From: Planctomycetota bacterium
Lineage (GTDB): Bacteria; Planctomycetota; Phycisphaerae; UBA1845
Length of the DNA stretch: 64,000 nucleotides
Assembly: GCA_024275565.1 (NCBI GenBank)
Contig: JAJRYY010000127.1
Location: 124 to 64,123, forward strand
Direction of reading: 5' to 3'
In this document: positions 56,510-64,000 of the stretch, one piece after another
Layout: each line of letters opens with the position of its first letter
Position numbering within the stretch: the stretch's first letter is position 1
Translations under genes and position numbers: made by a program
Notes under the pieces: generated by a model
What the model saw: the letters and a program-made list of their open reading frames with translations, nothing else
Told to the model about the DNA's origin: nothing
The model's database searches: none

Positions 56510-59278
56510 ATGATTCGTCTATCACACACGTCCGCGCGATTGTCCATCGCCTTTGCCATGCCAATGCTCATACTGGGCGTGGTTGACGCCCGGTCCGGCG
56601 AGCCGACCCAGGGTGCGTCGGTCGAGGGGATCACCGAATATGTTTACGAGAATGGTTTGCGACTGCTGCTTTTTCCGGACCGGTCGAATCAGCAGGTGAC
56701 GGTGAATATCACTTATTTTGTCGGATCTCGTCATGAGGGTCGTGGTGAGACGGGGATGGCGCATCTGCTTGAGCACATGGTATTCAAGGGGACGCCGACG
56801 CACCAGGACATCTGGCGGTTGATCGAGGACCATGGTGGATCGTTCAATGGGACGACCTGGGTCGATCGTACGAATTATTATGAGACGCTGCCGACGGTGG
56901 ATAAGGGGAATCTTGAGTTTGCGATCGCGCTTGAGGCGGATCGAATGATCAACAGCCTGATTGCGGCTGAAGATCTTGAGACTGAGATGACGGTGGTCCG
57001 CAACGAATTTGAGATGGGCGAGAACAATCCGATTTCGATTTTGTCTGAGCGGATGATGTCGACTGCTTATCTGTGGCATAATTATGGTAAGTCCACGATC
57101 GGTTCCCGGAGCGATATTGAGCGTGTACCGGTCGAGAATCTTCGTGCATTTTACAAGAAGAACTATCAGCCGGACAACGCGATGCTGGTGGTGGCTGGCG
57201 ATTTTGATCCGAAGCGTGCGCTTGAGCTTGTGACGAAGTATTTTGGGGTGATTCCGCGTCCCAGGCGTCAACTGACTGCGACCTACACGATCGAACCCCC
57301 TCAGGATGGTCCGCGTCATGTTGATCTGCGTCGCGTTGGCGATATTGGTGCGGTTGGTTCCATTTACCATGTGAGTGCGGGATCGCACCCGGACTACCCT
57401 GCGATTCAGGTCATTGGCCGCCTGTTGAGTGATGAGCCGTCGGGCCGGTTGTATAAGGCATTGGTAGAGACCAAGCTGGCGACGAGTGTGCGTCATTACG
57501 CGCACGCATGGGCAGAGCCAGGTGTGATCGAGACGATCGTTGAGATTGGTGCGGATCAGGATCCCGGTCCGGTACTCGAAAAGATGAATCATGTGATGGA
57601 GTCGCTGGGTTCGAGTGATCTCACTGACGAGGAAGTAGAACGCGCCAAGAACGCCATACTGAAAAATATCGACATGAGCTTCAAGAGTAGTCGTCGGATC
57701 GCCATCGGTCTGACCGAATGGGCTGCCTGCGGTGACTGGCGTCTTTTCTTTCTGCATCGGGATCGTGTGGAGAAGCTGACGACTGAGGAAGTGCGTCGCG
57801 TTGCGCGGTATTATCTGACCTCCGGGAACCGCACGACAGGCGTGTTCCACCCGCTGAAGACGCCTGAGAATCGAACCGTCGCGCCCGAGACGCCGAATGT
57901 GCTTGCTCTGGTTCGAGACTACAAGGGGCGCAAGGCGATTTCGACCGGAGAATCGTTTGATCCCACGCCGAGCAACATAGAATCGCGGGTTGTTCGAACG
58001 CAGTTGCCCAATGGCATGAAGCTGGCGATCCTTCCCCGGGAGACGCGTGGCGACTCGGTTCGAGCGATGATAACGCTTCGTTACGGGAGTGAAGAGGCGA
58101 TTGTCGGACGCGTGGAGACGGTCAAGATGATCGGCGACATGATGATGCGTGGTACGAAGAATCGGAGCTATCAGCAGATTCGCGATGAGCTGGATCGCCT
58201 CAAGGCGCGGGTCAGTGTTTCGAGTGGTACGATGATGGGCCCGCCCGGAGCGCTGAATGTCAGCATCGAAACGGACCGCGAGCATTTCGGGGAAGTGGTT
58301 GGGCTTGTGGGCGATATTCTGAAAGAACCGTCCTTTCCCACGGACGAGCTCGAGGTGTTGAAGCGGGATCAGGTCTCCAGGCTGGAGGAGCAACTTTCTG
58401 ATCCGCAGGCGCTGGCGTTCAAGTCCGTTTCCCGGGGTCTGAATCCTGTTTCGTCTGACAGCATCCATTATGTTCCGACGATCGCCGAGTCGATCGAGCA
58501 GATGAAGTCGGTCAATCTTGATGGTTTGCGTGATTTTCACCGTGAATATATTGGTGCAAATGATGCCGAGATGACCGTGATTGGTGATGTCGACGCCAGT
58601 GAGGTCAAAACCGTGGTCGGCAGGATTTTTGGCGGGTGGAAGGCCAGCAAACCGTTCAAACGCATCGTGTCGCCCTATCAATCAGGCGTCAAGGGCAGCG
58701 ACACGGTGATAGAAACACCCGATAAGAAGATGGCGATGGTTTGTGCAGCCATCAACATCAGGATGAGTGATACTGATCCGGATTACCCAGCCATGACGCT
58801 GGTCAACTATATTTTTGGATCCAGCACAAAGTCGCGCTTGCTCAATCGCCTTCGGCAGAAGGAGGGGTTGTCATACAGCGCCTTTTCGTTCTTTTTCGCG
58901 GATTCGCTTGATGCGAATGGTGTGTTTTTCGGTGGCGCTATCTGTGCCCCTGAAAACGCCGACAAAGCTTACGCGTCGCTCCTGGATGAATTCTCGATCC
59001 TGGTGCGTGGTGGTATTGGTCCTGAGGAGCTGGCGGATGCCAAGAAGAGCTACCGACTTAAGACCAAAAATCGTCTTGCGAGCGATGCCCGTGTTGCGAG
59101 AATGTTAAACAGTGGTCTGTATCTCGATCGGACCATGGCCTATTACGAGGATCTTTACGAGAAAATTGACGCGGTGACACCTGAGCAGATCAAGCGGATG
59201 CTCGAAAAAAACATTCAGGTCGATCGTCTTGTCAAAGTCCGGGCAGGTGACCTGAAAGCCGCGAATTCGGTTGATTAA
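56510..59278 (+). CDS. Fused double M16 (pitrilysin/insulinase) family zinc peptidase, secreted
   Basis: HxxEH motif HLLEHMVFKGT, a downstream E (RNEFEMGENN), an N-terminal signal peptide and four M16 half-domains (about 920 aa). Confidence 0.9.
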   Translation: MIRLSHTSARLSIAFAMPMLILGVVDARSGEPTQGASVEGITEYVYENGLRLLLFPDRSNQQVTVNITYFVGSRHEGRGETGMAHLLEHMVFKGTPTHQDIWRLIEDHGGSFNGTTWVDRTNYYETLPTVDKGNLEFAIALEADRMINSLIAAEDLETEMTVVRNEFEMGENNPISILSERMMSTAYLWHNYGKSTIGSRSDIERVPVENLRAFYKKNYQPDNAMLVVAGDFDPKRALELVTKYFGVIPRPRRQLTATYTIEPPQDGPRHVDLRRVGDIGAVGSIYHVSAGSHPDYPAIQVIGRLLSDEPSGRLYKALVETKLATSVRHYAHAWAEPGVIETIVEIGADQDPGPVLEKMNHVMESLGSSDLTDEEVERAKNAILKNIDMSFKSSRRIAIGLTEWAACGDWRLFFLHRDRVEKLTTEEVRRVARYYLTSGNRTTGVFHPLKTPENRTVAPETPNVLALVRDYKGRKAISTGESFDPTPSNIESRVVRTQLPNGMKLAILPRETRGDSVRAMITLRYGSEEAIVGRVETVKMIGDMMMRGTKNRSYQQIRDELDRLKARVSVSSGTMMGPPGALNVSIETDREHFGEVVGLVGDILKEPSFPTDELEVLKRDQVSRLEEQLSDPQALAFKSVSRGLNPVSSDSIHYVPTIAESIEQMKSVNLDGLRDFHREYIGANDAEMTVIGDVDASEVKTVVGRIFGGWKASKPFKRIVSPYQSGVKGSDTVIETPDKKMAMVCAAINIRMSDTDPDYPAMTLVNYIFGSSTKSRLLNRLRQKEGLSYSAFSFFFADSLDANGVFFGGAICAPENADKAYASLLDEFSILVRGGIGPEELADAKKSYRLKTKNRLASDARVARMLNSGLYLDRTMAYYEDLYEKIDAVTPEQIKRMLEKNIQVDRLVKVRAGDLKAANSVD

Positions 59279-59333
59279 CGGCGGACGGCAGGGGTGCTGC
59301 TTCACCGTTCTGGTATTGCGAAGTTCGCTCAGG

Positions 59334-59362
59334 TTGACATGCTGGAGGTTTGGGTGGATATT
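59334..59362 (+). promoter_or_regulatory. Sigma-70-type promoter candidate for csp (TTGACA-17-GATATT), implying a 5' UTR of about 105 nt
   Basis: -35 at 59334..59339 and -10 at 59357..59362. Long 5' UTRs are typical of cspA-type genes. Confidence 0.45.
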
Positions 59363-59476
59363 TTCCGCGATGTCGGTATCCTATAGCAACTTGGCCCTGC
59401 CTTTTCTCGAAGCAGTCGTTTGTTTTCAGCAGGAGTCAGTAGAGTCGCCGCACCGGTAGTCATGAGAGTAAATGTC

Positions 59477-59680
59477 ATGCCCGAAGGAATTGTCAAGTGG
59501 TTCAATGATTCAAAAGGTTTCGGTTTCATACAGTCTGATGACGGTCAGGACGTGTTCGTTCATCAGAGCGAGATAATGGTCGATGGATTTCGCACGTTGG
59601 CTGAGGGAGCGCGCGTCACGTTCGAAGTCGAGGATGGCCCGAAGGGCCCCAAGGCGAAAAGCGTCCGCAAGCTCGATTAG
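59477..59680 (+). CDS. Cold-shock domain protein (CspA family)
   Basis: [15 protein letters not shown] (RNP1) and VFVHQS (RNP2). 67 aa. Confidence 0.95.
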   Translation: MPEGIVKWFNDSKGFGFIQSDDGQDVFVHQSEIMVDGFRTLAEGARVTFEVEDGPKGPKAKSVRKLD

Positions 59681-59839
59681 TTCGAGCCGATTGGGTGTTC
59701 TGCATTGAGTGCCCATCGCCTGTGATGAACGGGTGTTGTTCGCGAATCAGTCCGTAGTGGTTGTTTTGGCCGATGTCGGTGATCATCTGCGGGTTGGTGG
59801 TCATCCGCGAGGGGTGCGCCGAGCGGTCGACCTCTCTGT

Positions 59840-60655
59840 CTACCCTCTCTTCTCAAGCGAATCCGCCAGGACTTGGGAGAGGTCGCGGAACGTTTTGATG
59901 TCTCCGAAGACAACTGAGGACGGGGCAAGTTGAGTCGGCCAGAGCGTGGATATTTGAGACGCTGCGACGATCAGGGCGCCAAAGCTGATCAGCAAGAACG
60001 CCAGAATACCGAGACACATTTCAATTTCCGACGCCATCCACATCATTTCCACGAGTCCGGTGATGAATCCTCCCAGTCCTGCTATCGCCAGTCCGATCAG
60101 AATACATCGCAAACTCGAATCATAGCGCGGTTCGCTCACCGTGACGTGAGGGATGGCATTGGGCGATAGGGGCGAAATTGACCCCACAAAAATGTGACCA
60201 TACTCAACCGTATAATCCGCAATTTCGGTCGAGGGTGTCACATCTGAAATGTCCGCACCCGCCTCTTTAAACAATGATCGAATGGTCATGAATGCCCCGG
60301 CAGCCATGCACTCACGCCCAAGTATCCGTGCGGGCTGAATGCTGGGTATCATTGCTGATTTTGCCAATAGTTCACAGACCCCACGCAGCGTTCTCTTTTT
60401 GGCTGGCTGTAATACGGACCGCCATGCAGCATCGCCCTCGCAAACCTTCCACTCTTCATTCAGTGCTCGTCCCAGAGGTTTCCAGCTGACGAGATCGCAG
60501 ATATCCTGCCACTCAGCGATGGTTGTCTCGAAGCCAAGCTCATCGACCGAATCCTGCTCCGGAATATAATTTTCCGAATGACGAAAGTTGTCACGAAATA
60601 TCGCAAGAACATCGTCAGCAGAGGCTTTGACGCGTTTGACTGTACCGACTTCCAT
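59840..60655 (-). CDS. Hypothetical protein with two C-terminal TM helices
   Basis: ORF lies 14 nt downstream of the DnaJ-TPR gene. No motif recognised. Confidence 0.55.
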   Translation of the reverse strand: MEVGTVKRVKASADDVLAIFRDNFRHSENYIPEQDSVDELGFETTIAEWQDICDLVSWKPLGRALNEEWKVCEGDAAWRSVLQPAKKRTLRGVCELLAKSAMIPSIQPARILGRECMAAGAFMTIRSLFKEAGADISDVTPSTEIADYTVEYGHIFVGSISPLSPNAIPHVTVSEPRYDSSLRCILIGLAIAGLGGFITGLVEMMWMASEIEMCLGILAFLLISFGALIVAASQISTLWPTQLAPSSVVFGDIKTFRDLSQVLADSLEKRG

Positions 60656-60669
60656 CGCAACCTGCTCCT

Positions 60670-63075
60670 TTATTCAACCCCATCCGTCCCAGCCATCGCC
60701 TGTTCGATGGCAGACTCTGCTCGCTCAAGCATCTTCGTGGCTCGCTCCAGCATCTTCGCAGCGGCGACATCCCCCGAATCCAGCGCCACTGCCCGACGGA
60801 ACGCGTCCATCGCATCATCTATCCGCTCAAGACTCATCAGTACCGCACCCCGCAACCGATGACCAGCCCCGTCAGCCGAATCCAATTTCAACCCCCGGTC
60901 AACGGCTGACAACGCATCATCAAACCGTTTCGCCAGCAGACAACATCGCCCCACAGCACGATGGACGGTTGCACGGTTCGGATCAACCCGTACCACCACC
61001 TCAAACGCAGCCAGCGACTCATCCAGCCGACCCTCGCGTCCGAGACTCAACCCAAGCTGGAAGTGCGCATCCACCAGATTCTCATCCAGTCGGACAGCCT
61101 CAGTCAGCGGGTCAATGGCGGCGGCGTGATCTCCCTGTCCCGCCAGACAGCACCCCAGATTCAACCATCCTTTGGCATGGTCTGGGGCCAGTGAAACCGC
61201 CTCCCGGAATGCTTTGACTGCGCCCGCAATATCCCCGAGTTCGAACCGCGCCGCACCCAGGAGTCGATACACCACATCGTCCGGATGGTCGACCGCAGCA
61301 GCTTCAAAACTCCTGGACGCTTCCTCGAATCGACCCAGCTTTGCGAGGCATAACCCGCGATCGTACACTGCTGCTGCTGGAGCATCCTTGAGCGATAACG
61401 CTCTGTCCAGAGCTTCGATGGCTGACTCATACTGACCCGACAACATCCGGGTTTGCCCCAGTCGCAACAGCCCGACCTCGTCATCGGGAGAAATCCGAAC
61501 CGCCTCACCAAATGCGGAAAGCGCCTCCTCCACCAGTCCAAGCACGCCGCAGCACATTCCGAGATTCACATACGTCGCAGCCTGGGTCCCATCCAGCGAC
61601 ACGGCCCGTCGGAACGACTCCGCAGCAGCCTCCGTCTGCTCCATCGCCATGTACACACAGCCAAGCAAACGATGGCCGGCAGCGTCATCGGGCTTCAACC
61701 GAACCGCCTCCTCCATCGCAGCGACCGCCTCACTGCCCCGCCCCAACCGCCACATCGCAAGACCGAGATTCAAATGTGCAGGACCATGTTGACCATCGAG
61801 ATGGATCGCACGTCGAAACGGATCAATCGCATCCTCGTTCCGATCGAGATGAGAAAACGATAACCCAAGATTCACATGAGCGGTCACATGGAACGGTGCC
61901 AACCGAATCGTCTGCTGAAAGGCTTCGATCGCTTCTTCATGTCGATCCAGTCGTCCCAGGCAGACCCCAAGATTGAATTGAGCCGTCGCATGACCGGAAT
62001 CCTTGGATACAGCCTTACCAAACGCCGCAGCAGCCTCCGAAAATCGTTCGGAACGCAAATGCGTCACGCCTGTAGCGAACAGTTTCGCCGCCGCCCCGGA
62101 TGCCCCATTCGACGACCGGGCAGCTCGCGGAACAGCTCGACCATTCCCCGAAACGGTGTGCCCATAACAGGACATCCACTGTTGACGAAAGCGGTCAGCC
62201 ACCGGTCGCTCAAACGTTAAAAACGCCCTGCACCGATCGCATCTCGCCTCAACACGCGGAATCTCATGACGAAGACGTTGCGGCATGTTGCATTGAAAAC
62301 AGATAACACGGTCGTCCGGCTGAGCTACCATCCCCCCGCCCAACGCCAGTCCATATAAGGTGTTGCCTCCAGATGCGTTCGAAGCCATCAGGCGATCGTA
62401 TGCGTCCCGTATCAGCACAAAACGCTCCTGAGCCAAATCCTTCAACGCAGGGTCAGCAAGAGAATGCCGATCAGGATGATACGTTCGCACCAGCGATCGA
62501 AATGCACCACGGATTTCAGCCCTGGACGCTCCACGCCCAACCTTGAGCAGCGATCGAGACGATTCCAACGACAGACCGTCCGCTGCGGATCGAATATACG
62601 GCGATGAGCTGGCGGCAATATCTGCTTCCGTCATGCCCATGTCTGACCCGACACGCTTGACCGTTTCAAGCGCGAGGTCAGCCGAACGACCGGAATCAAG
62701 AAGGTATCGCCAACCCAGTGAAATCAGCCATCTACGTAAATCGTGACTGCATCGGGCGGCATCAAACAGCGTGACCAACCCCTCGTCATACGCCAAAGCC
62801 TTGCTGCGAAAAGTGTCATAGGAGAAGGACGCACTCAAACTGTGGGAGGGAACTTCCAGCTCCGACCAGATTGCGTCCAGCAGACCCGCCGCACGAAGCC
62901 CCGATCCGTTCTTCATGCCACATTCAATACGCGTCAAATGCGAGAGGAAACAACCTGCGTAGAAAAACTGAGACAGCTTGCGCGTCACGTCTCGTGATGG
63001 TCCACCACTGACAGCGACCCCTATATCATCAGTCGTTGCTGAGGTAGCTTCCAGAATTTTGCGAAACCAGGACAT
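60670..63075 (-). CDS. J-domain (DnaJ-like) protein with zinc-ribbon and long TPR array
   Basis: J-domain with the HPD motif (FRSLVRTYHPDRH), CFQCN...CDRCR, and at least 12 TPR-like repeats (A..F..A..L.P....A...LG). Confidence 0.8.
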   Translation of the reverse strand: MSWFRKILEATSATTDDIGVAVSGGPSRDVTRKLSQFFYAGCFLSHLTRIECGMKNGSGLRAAGLLDAIWSELEVPSHSLSASFSYDTFRSKALAYDEGLVTLFDAARCSHDLRRWLISLGWRYLLDSGRSADLALETVKRVGSDMGMTEADIAASSSPYIRSAADGLSLESSRSLLKVGRGASRAEIRGAFRSLVRTYHPDRHSLADPALKDLAQERFVLIRDAYDRLMASNASGGNTLYGLALGGGMVAQPDDRVICFQCNMPQRLRHEIPRVEARCDRCRAFLTFERPVADRFRQQWMSCYGHTVSGNGRAVPRAARSSNGASGAAAKLFATGVTHLRSERFSEAAAAFGKAVSKDSGHATAQFNLGVCLGRLDRHEEAIEAFQQTIRLAPFHVTAHVNLGLSFSHLDRNEDAIDPFRRAIHLDGQHGPAHLNLGLAMWRLGRGSEAVAAMEEAVRLKPDDAAGHRLLGCVYMAMEQTEAAAESFRRAVSLDGTQAATYVNLGMCCGVLGLVEEALSAFGEAVRISPDDEVGLLRLGQTRMLSGQYESAIEALDRALSLKDAPAAAVYDRGLCLAKLGRFEEASRSFEAAAVDHPDDVVYRLLGAARFELGDIAGAVKAFREAVSLAPDHAKGWLNLGCCLAGQGDHAAAIDPLTEAVRLDENLVDAHFQLGLSLGREGRLDESLAAFEVVVRVDPNRATVHRAVGRCCLLAKRFDDALSAVDRGLKLDSADGAGHRLRGAVLMSLERIDDAMDAFRRAVALDSGDVAAAKMLERATKMLERAESAIEQAMAGTDGVE

Positions 63076-63122
63076 GATCCTCGTATACTATCTTACTTCA
63101 AAAAGTATGGCTATACATAACA

Positions 63123-63158
63123 AATTGCAGCATGGCATGAAATTGCAGCATGGCATAG
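63123..63158. repeat. 18-bp x2 tandem repeat
   Basis: aaattgcagcatggcatg / aaattgcagcatggcata. Confidence 0.95.
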
Positions 63159-63166
63159 AACCCCGG

Positions 63167-63997
63167 TTATCCCCGAAGCTGCGAAAACGGCTTACTCGTT
63201 TCGCGGTCAAGATCCGACCACGACGGCGACACCACATCCTCCGCATCGGACACACCCCACAACGCAACATCACCTTGCTCGGAAGCACCCGCCTTCATCT
63301 CGGCAGCTTGCTTCTCAGAAGTGTCAAACACACGCGCACCGATACGACCAGCTTCAAGCCTGACCGCAGCAGCCACACGAAGATCAACTGCTTCGGTACG
63401 CTCCGCCAGTTCTTTCACCCGCACCGCAAGCTGCTTCCCCAAAACCGACAGCTCCGAATCCCGTAGAACAAGCCGCTTCTCACGCTCAGCGTACTTCTCA
63501 TTCTGCTCCGCCAGATTTCTCGCCAGCGTCTCTCGAAGCTTCCCTTCCTGTTCAAACAGCTTCACTTCCCGTTCGGACAGTTCCCCTTTCTGTTCAGACA
63601 GCCTCACTTCCTGCTCAGACAGCTTCCTCTCCTGTGCAACCAGTGTCCGTTCGCGCTCATCCAGCTTTTCTTCGCGCGCGGTCAGCTTTCCTGCCCGCAC
63701 TGACAGTTGTCTCCTCTGTTCAGCATGGTCTTTTTCGGATGCTGCCAATGTCTCATGTTGCGCTGCAATGGCCTCCTCCTGCGACCGTTTCCACGCGCTG
63801 AGTTCCGCTTCGCGTTCATTCAAGCCCTCCTCGCGACCGTTTTGACCGGCTTGTCGTTGGTCGAGCCGACTTTCACGCTCATCGAACGAGGCTTCCCGTT
63901 CTTCCAGAACCGCCTGCCGAGACTCGATTTCTGCAGTGGCATCGCGGATTTCGGTGAGGAGTTCGTCGAGCTTATCGTTCCGATCCCGATTGGACAT
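63167..63997 (-). CDS. Coiled-coil protein (E/R/K/L/Q-rich heptad repeats)
   Basis: Long run of ER(E/K)xxL units (ERERTLVAQERKLSEQEVRLSEQKGELSEREVKLFEQEGKL). Start ATG at 63997. Confidence 0.6.
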   Translation of the reverse strand: MSNRDRNDKLDELLTEIRDATAEIESRQAVLEEREASFDERESRLDQRQAGQNGREEGLNEREAELSAWKRSQEEAIAAQHETLAASEKDHAEQRRQLSVRAGKLTAREEKLDERERTLVAQERKLSEQEVRLSEQKGELSEREVKLFEQEGKLRETLARNLAEQNEKYAEREKRLVLRDSELSVLGKQLAVRVKELAERTEAVDLRVAAAVRLEAGRIGARVFDTSEKQAAEMKAGASEQGDVALWGVSDAEDVVSPSWSDLDRETSKPFSQLRG

Positions 63998-64000
63998 CTG

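Overview
This is a 64-kb chromosomal segment of fairly high GC (about 55-60 % by hand counts) from a diderm bacterium. The protein styles resemble Planctomycetota/Phycisphaerae-like genomes, but that placement is a low-confidence inference. I recognised no rRNA, tRNA, CRISPR array, transposase or integrase.

Gene content, left to right:
- A truncated acetolactate-synthase-like TPP enzyme.
- A large envelope-glycan/lipid modification region (1.2-22.7 kb). It holds a B12-radical-SAM enzyme translationally coupled to an FkbM methyltransferase, a Trp-rich unknown, a VanZ-like protein and several class-I SAM methyltransferases. It also holds an ArnC-like GT2, two large GT-C-like membrane proteins, a PilZ c-di-GMP receptor, GT4 enzymes, an AsnB amidotransferase and an O-antigen-ligase-like protein.
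- A lower-GC two-gene cassette (23.25-24.97 kb), described below.
- A methyltransferase, mutL and a PQQ-like beta-propeller lipoprotein.
- A Cys/Lys-rich secreted repeat protein, followed by an ECF sigma factor, a membrane anti-sigma-like protein with a thioredoxin-like domain, and an RND/MFP/OMF efflux system.
- A guaB...guaA operon interrupted by two unknown envelope genes.
- A domain-swapped HldE-like enzyme, a LOG-family protein, an NrtS-like protein and glyQS.
- A second small glycan/methyltransferase group, a YjfB-like peptide, an M16 peptidase and a cold-shock protein.
- A coiled-coil / DnaJ-TPR / membrane-protein operon.

Two signals stand out:
1. The 23.25-24.97 kb cassette is flanked by ~100-bp direct repeats. 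Its first gene is split between signal peptide and mature protein by a 12-G homopolymer, so it is either a phase switch or an assembly error. Its second gene is coupled to the first through a TGATG overlap.
2. Short tandem duplications (13-30 bp units, 2-5 copies) are strikingly dense. They sit in most longer intergenic spacers and at gene starts and stops.

All functional calls come from reading the translated ORFs for motifs. No database search was run.
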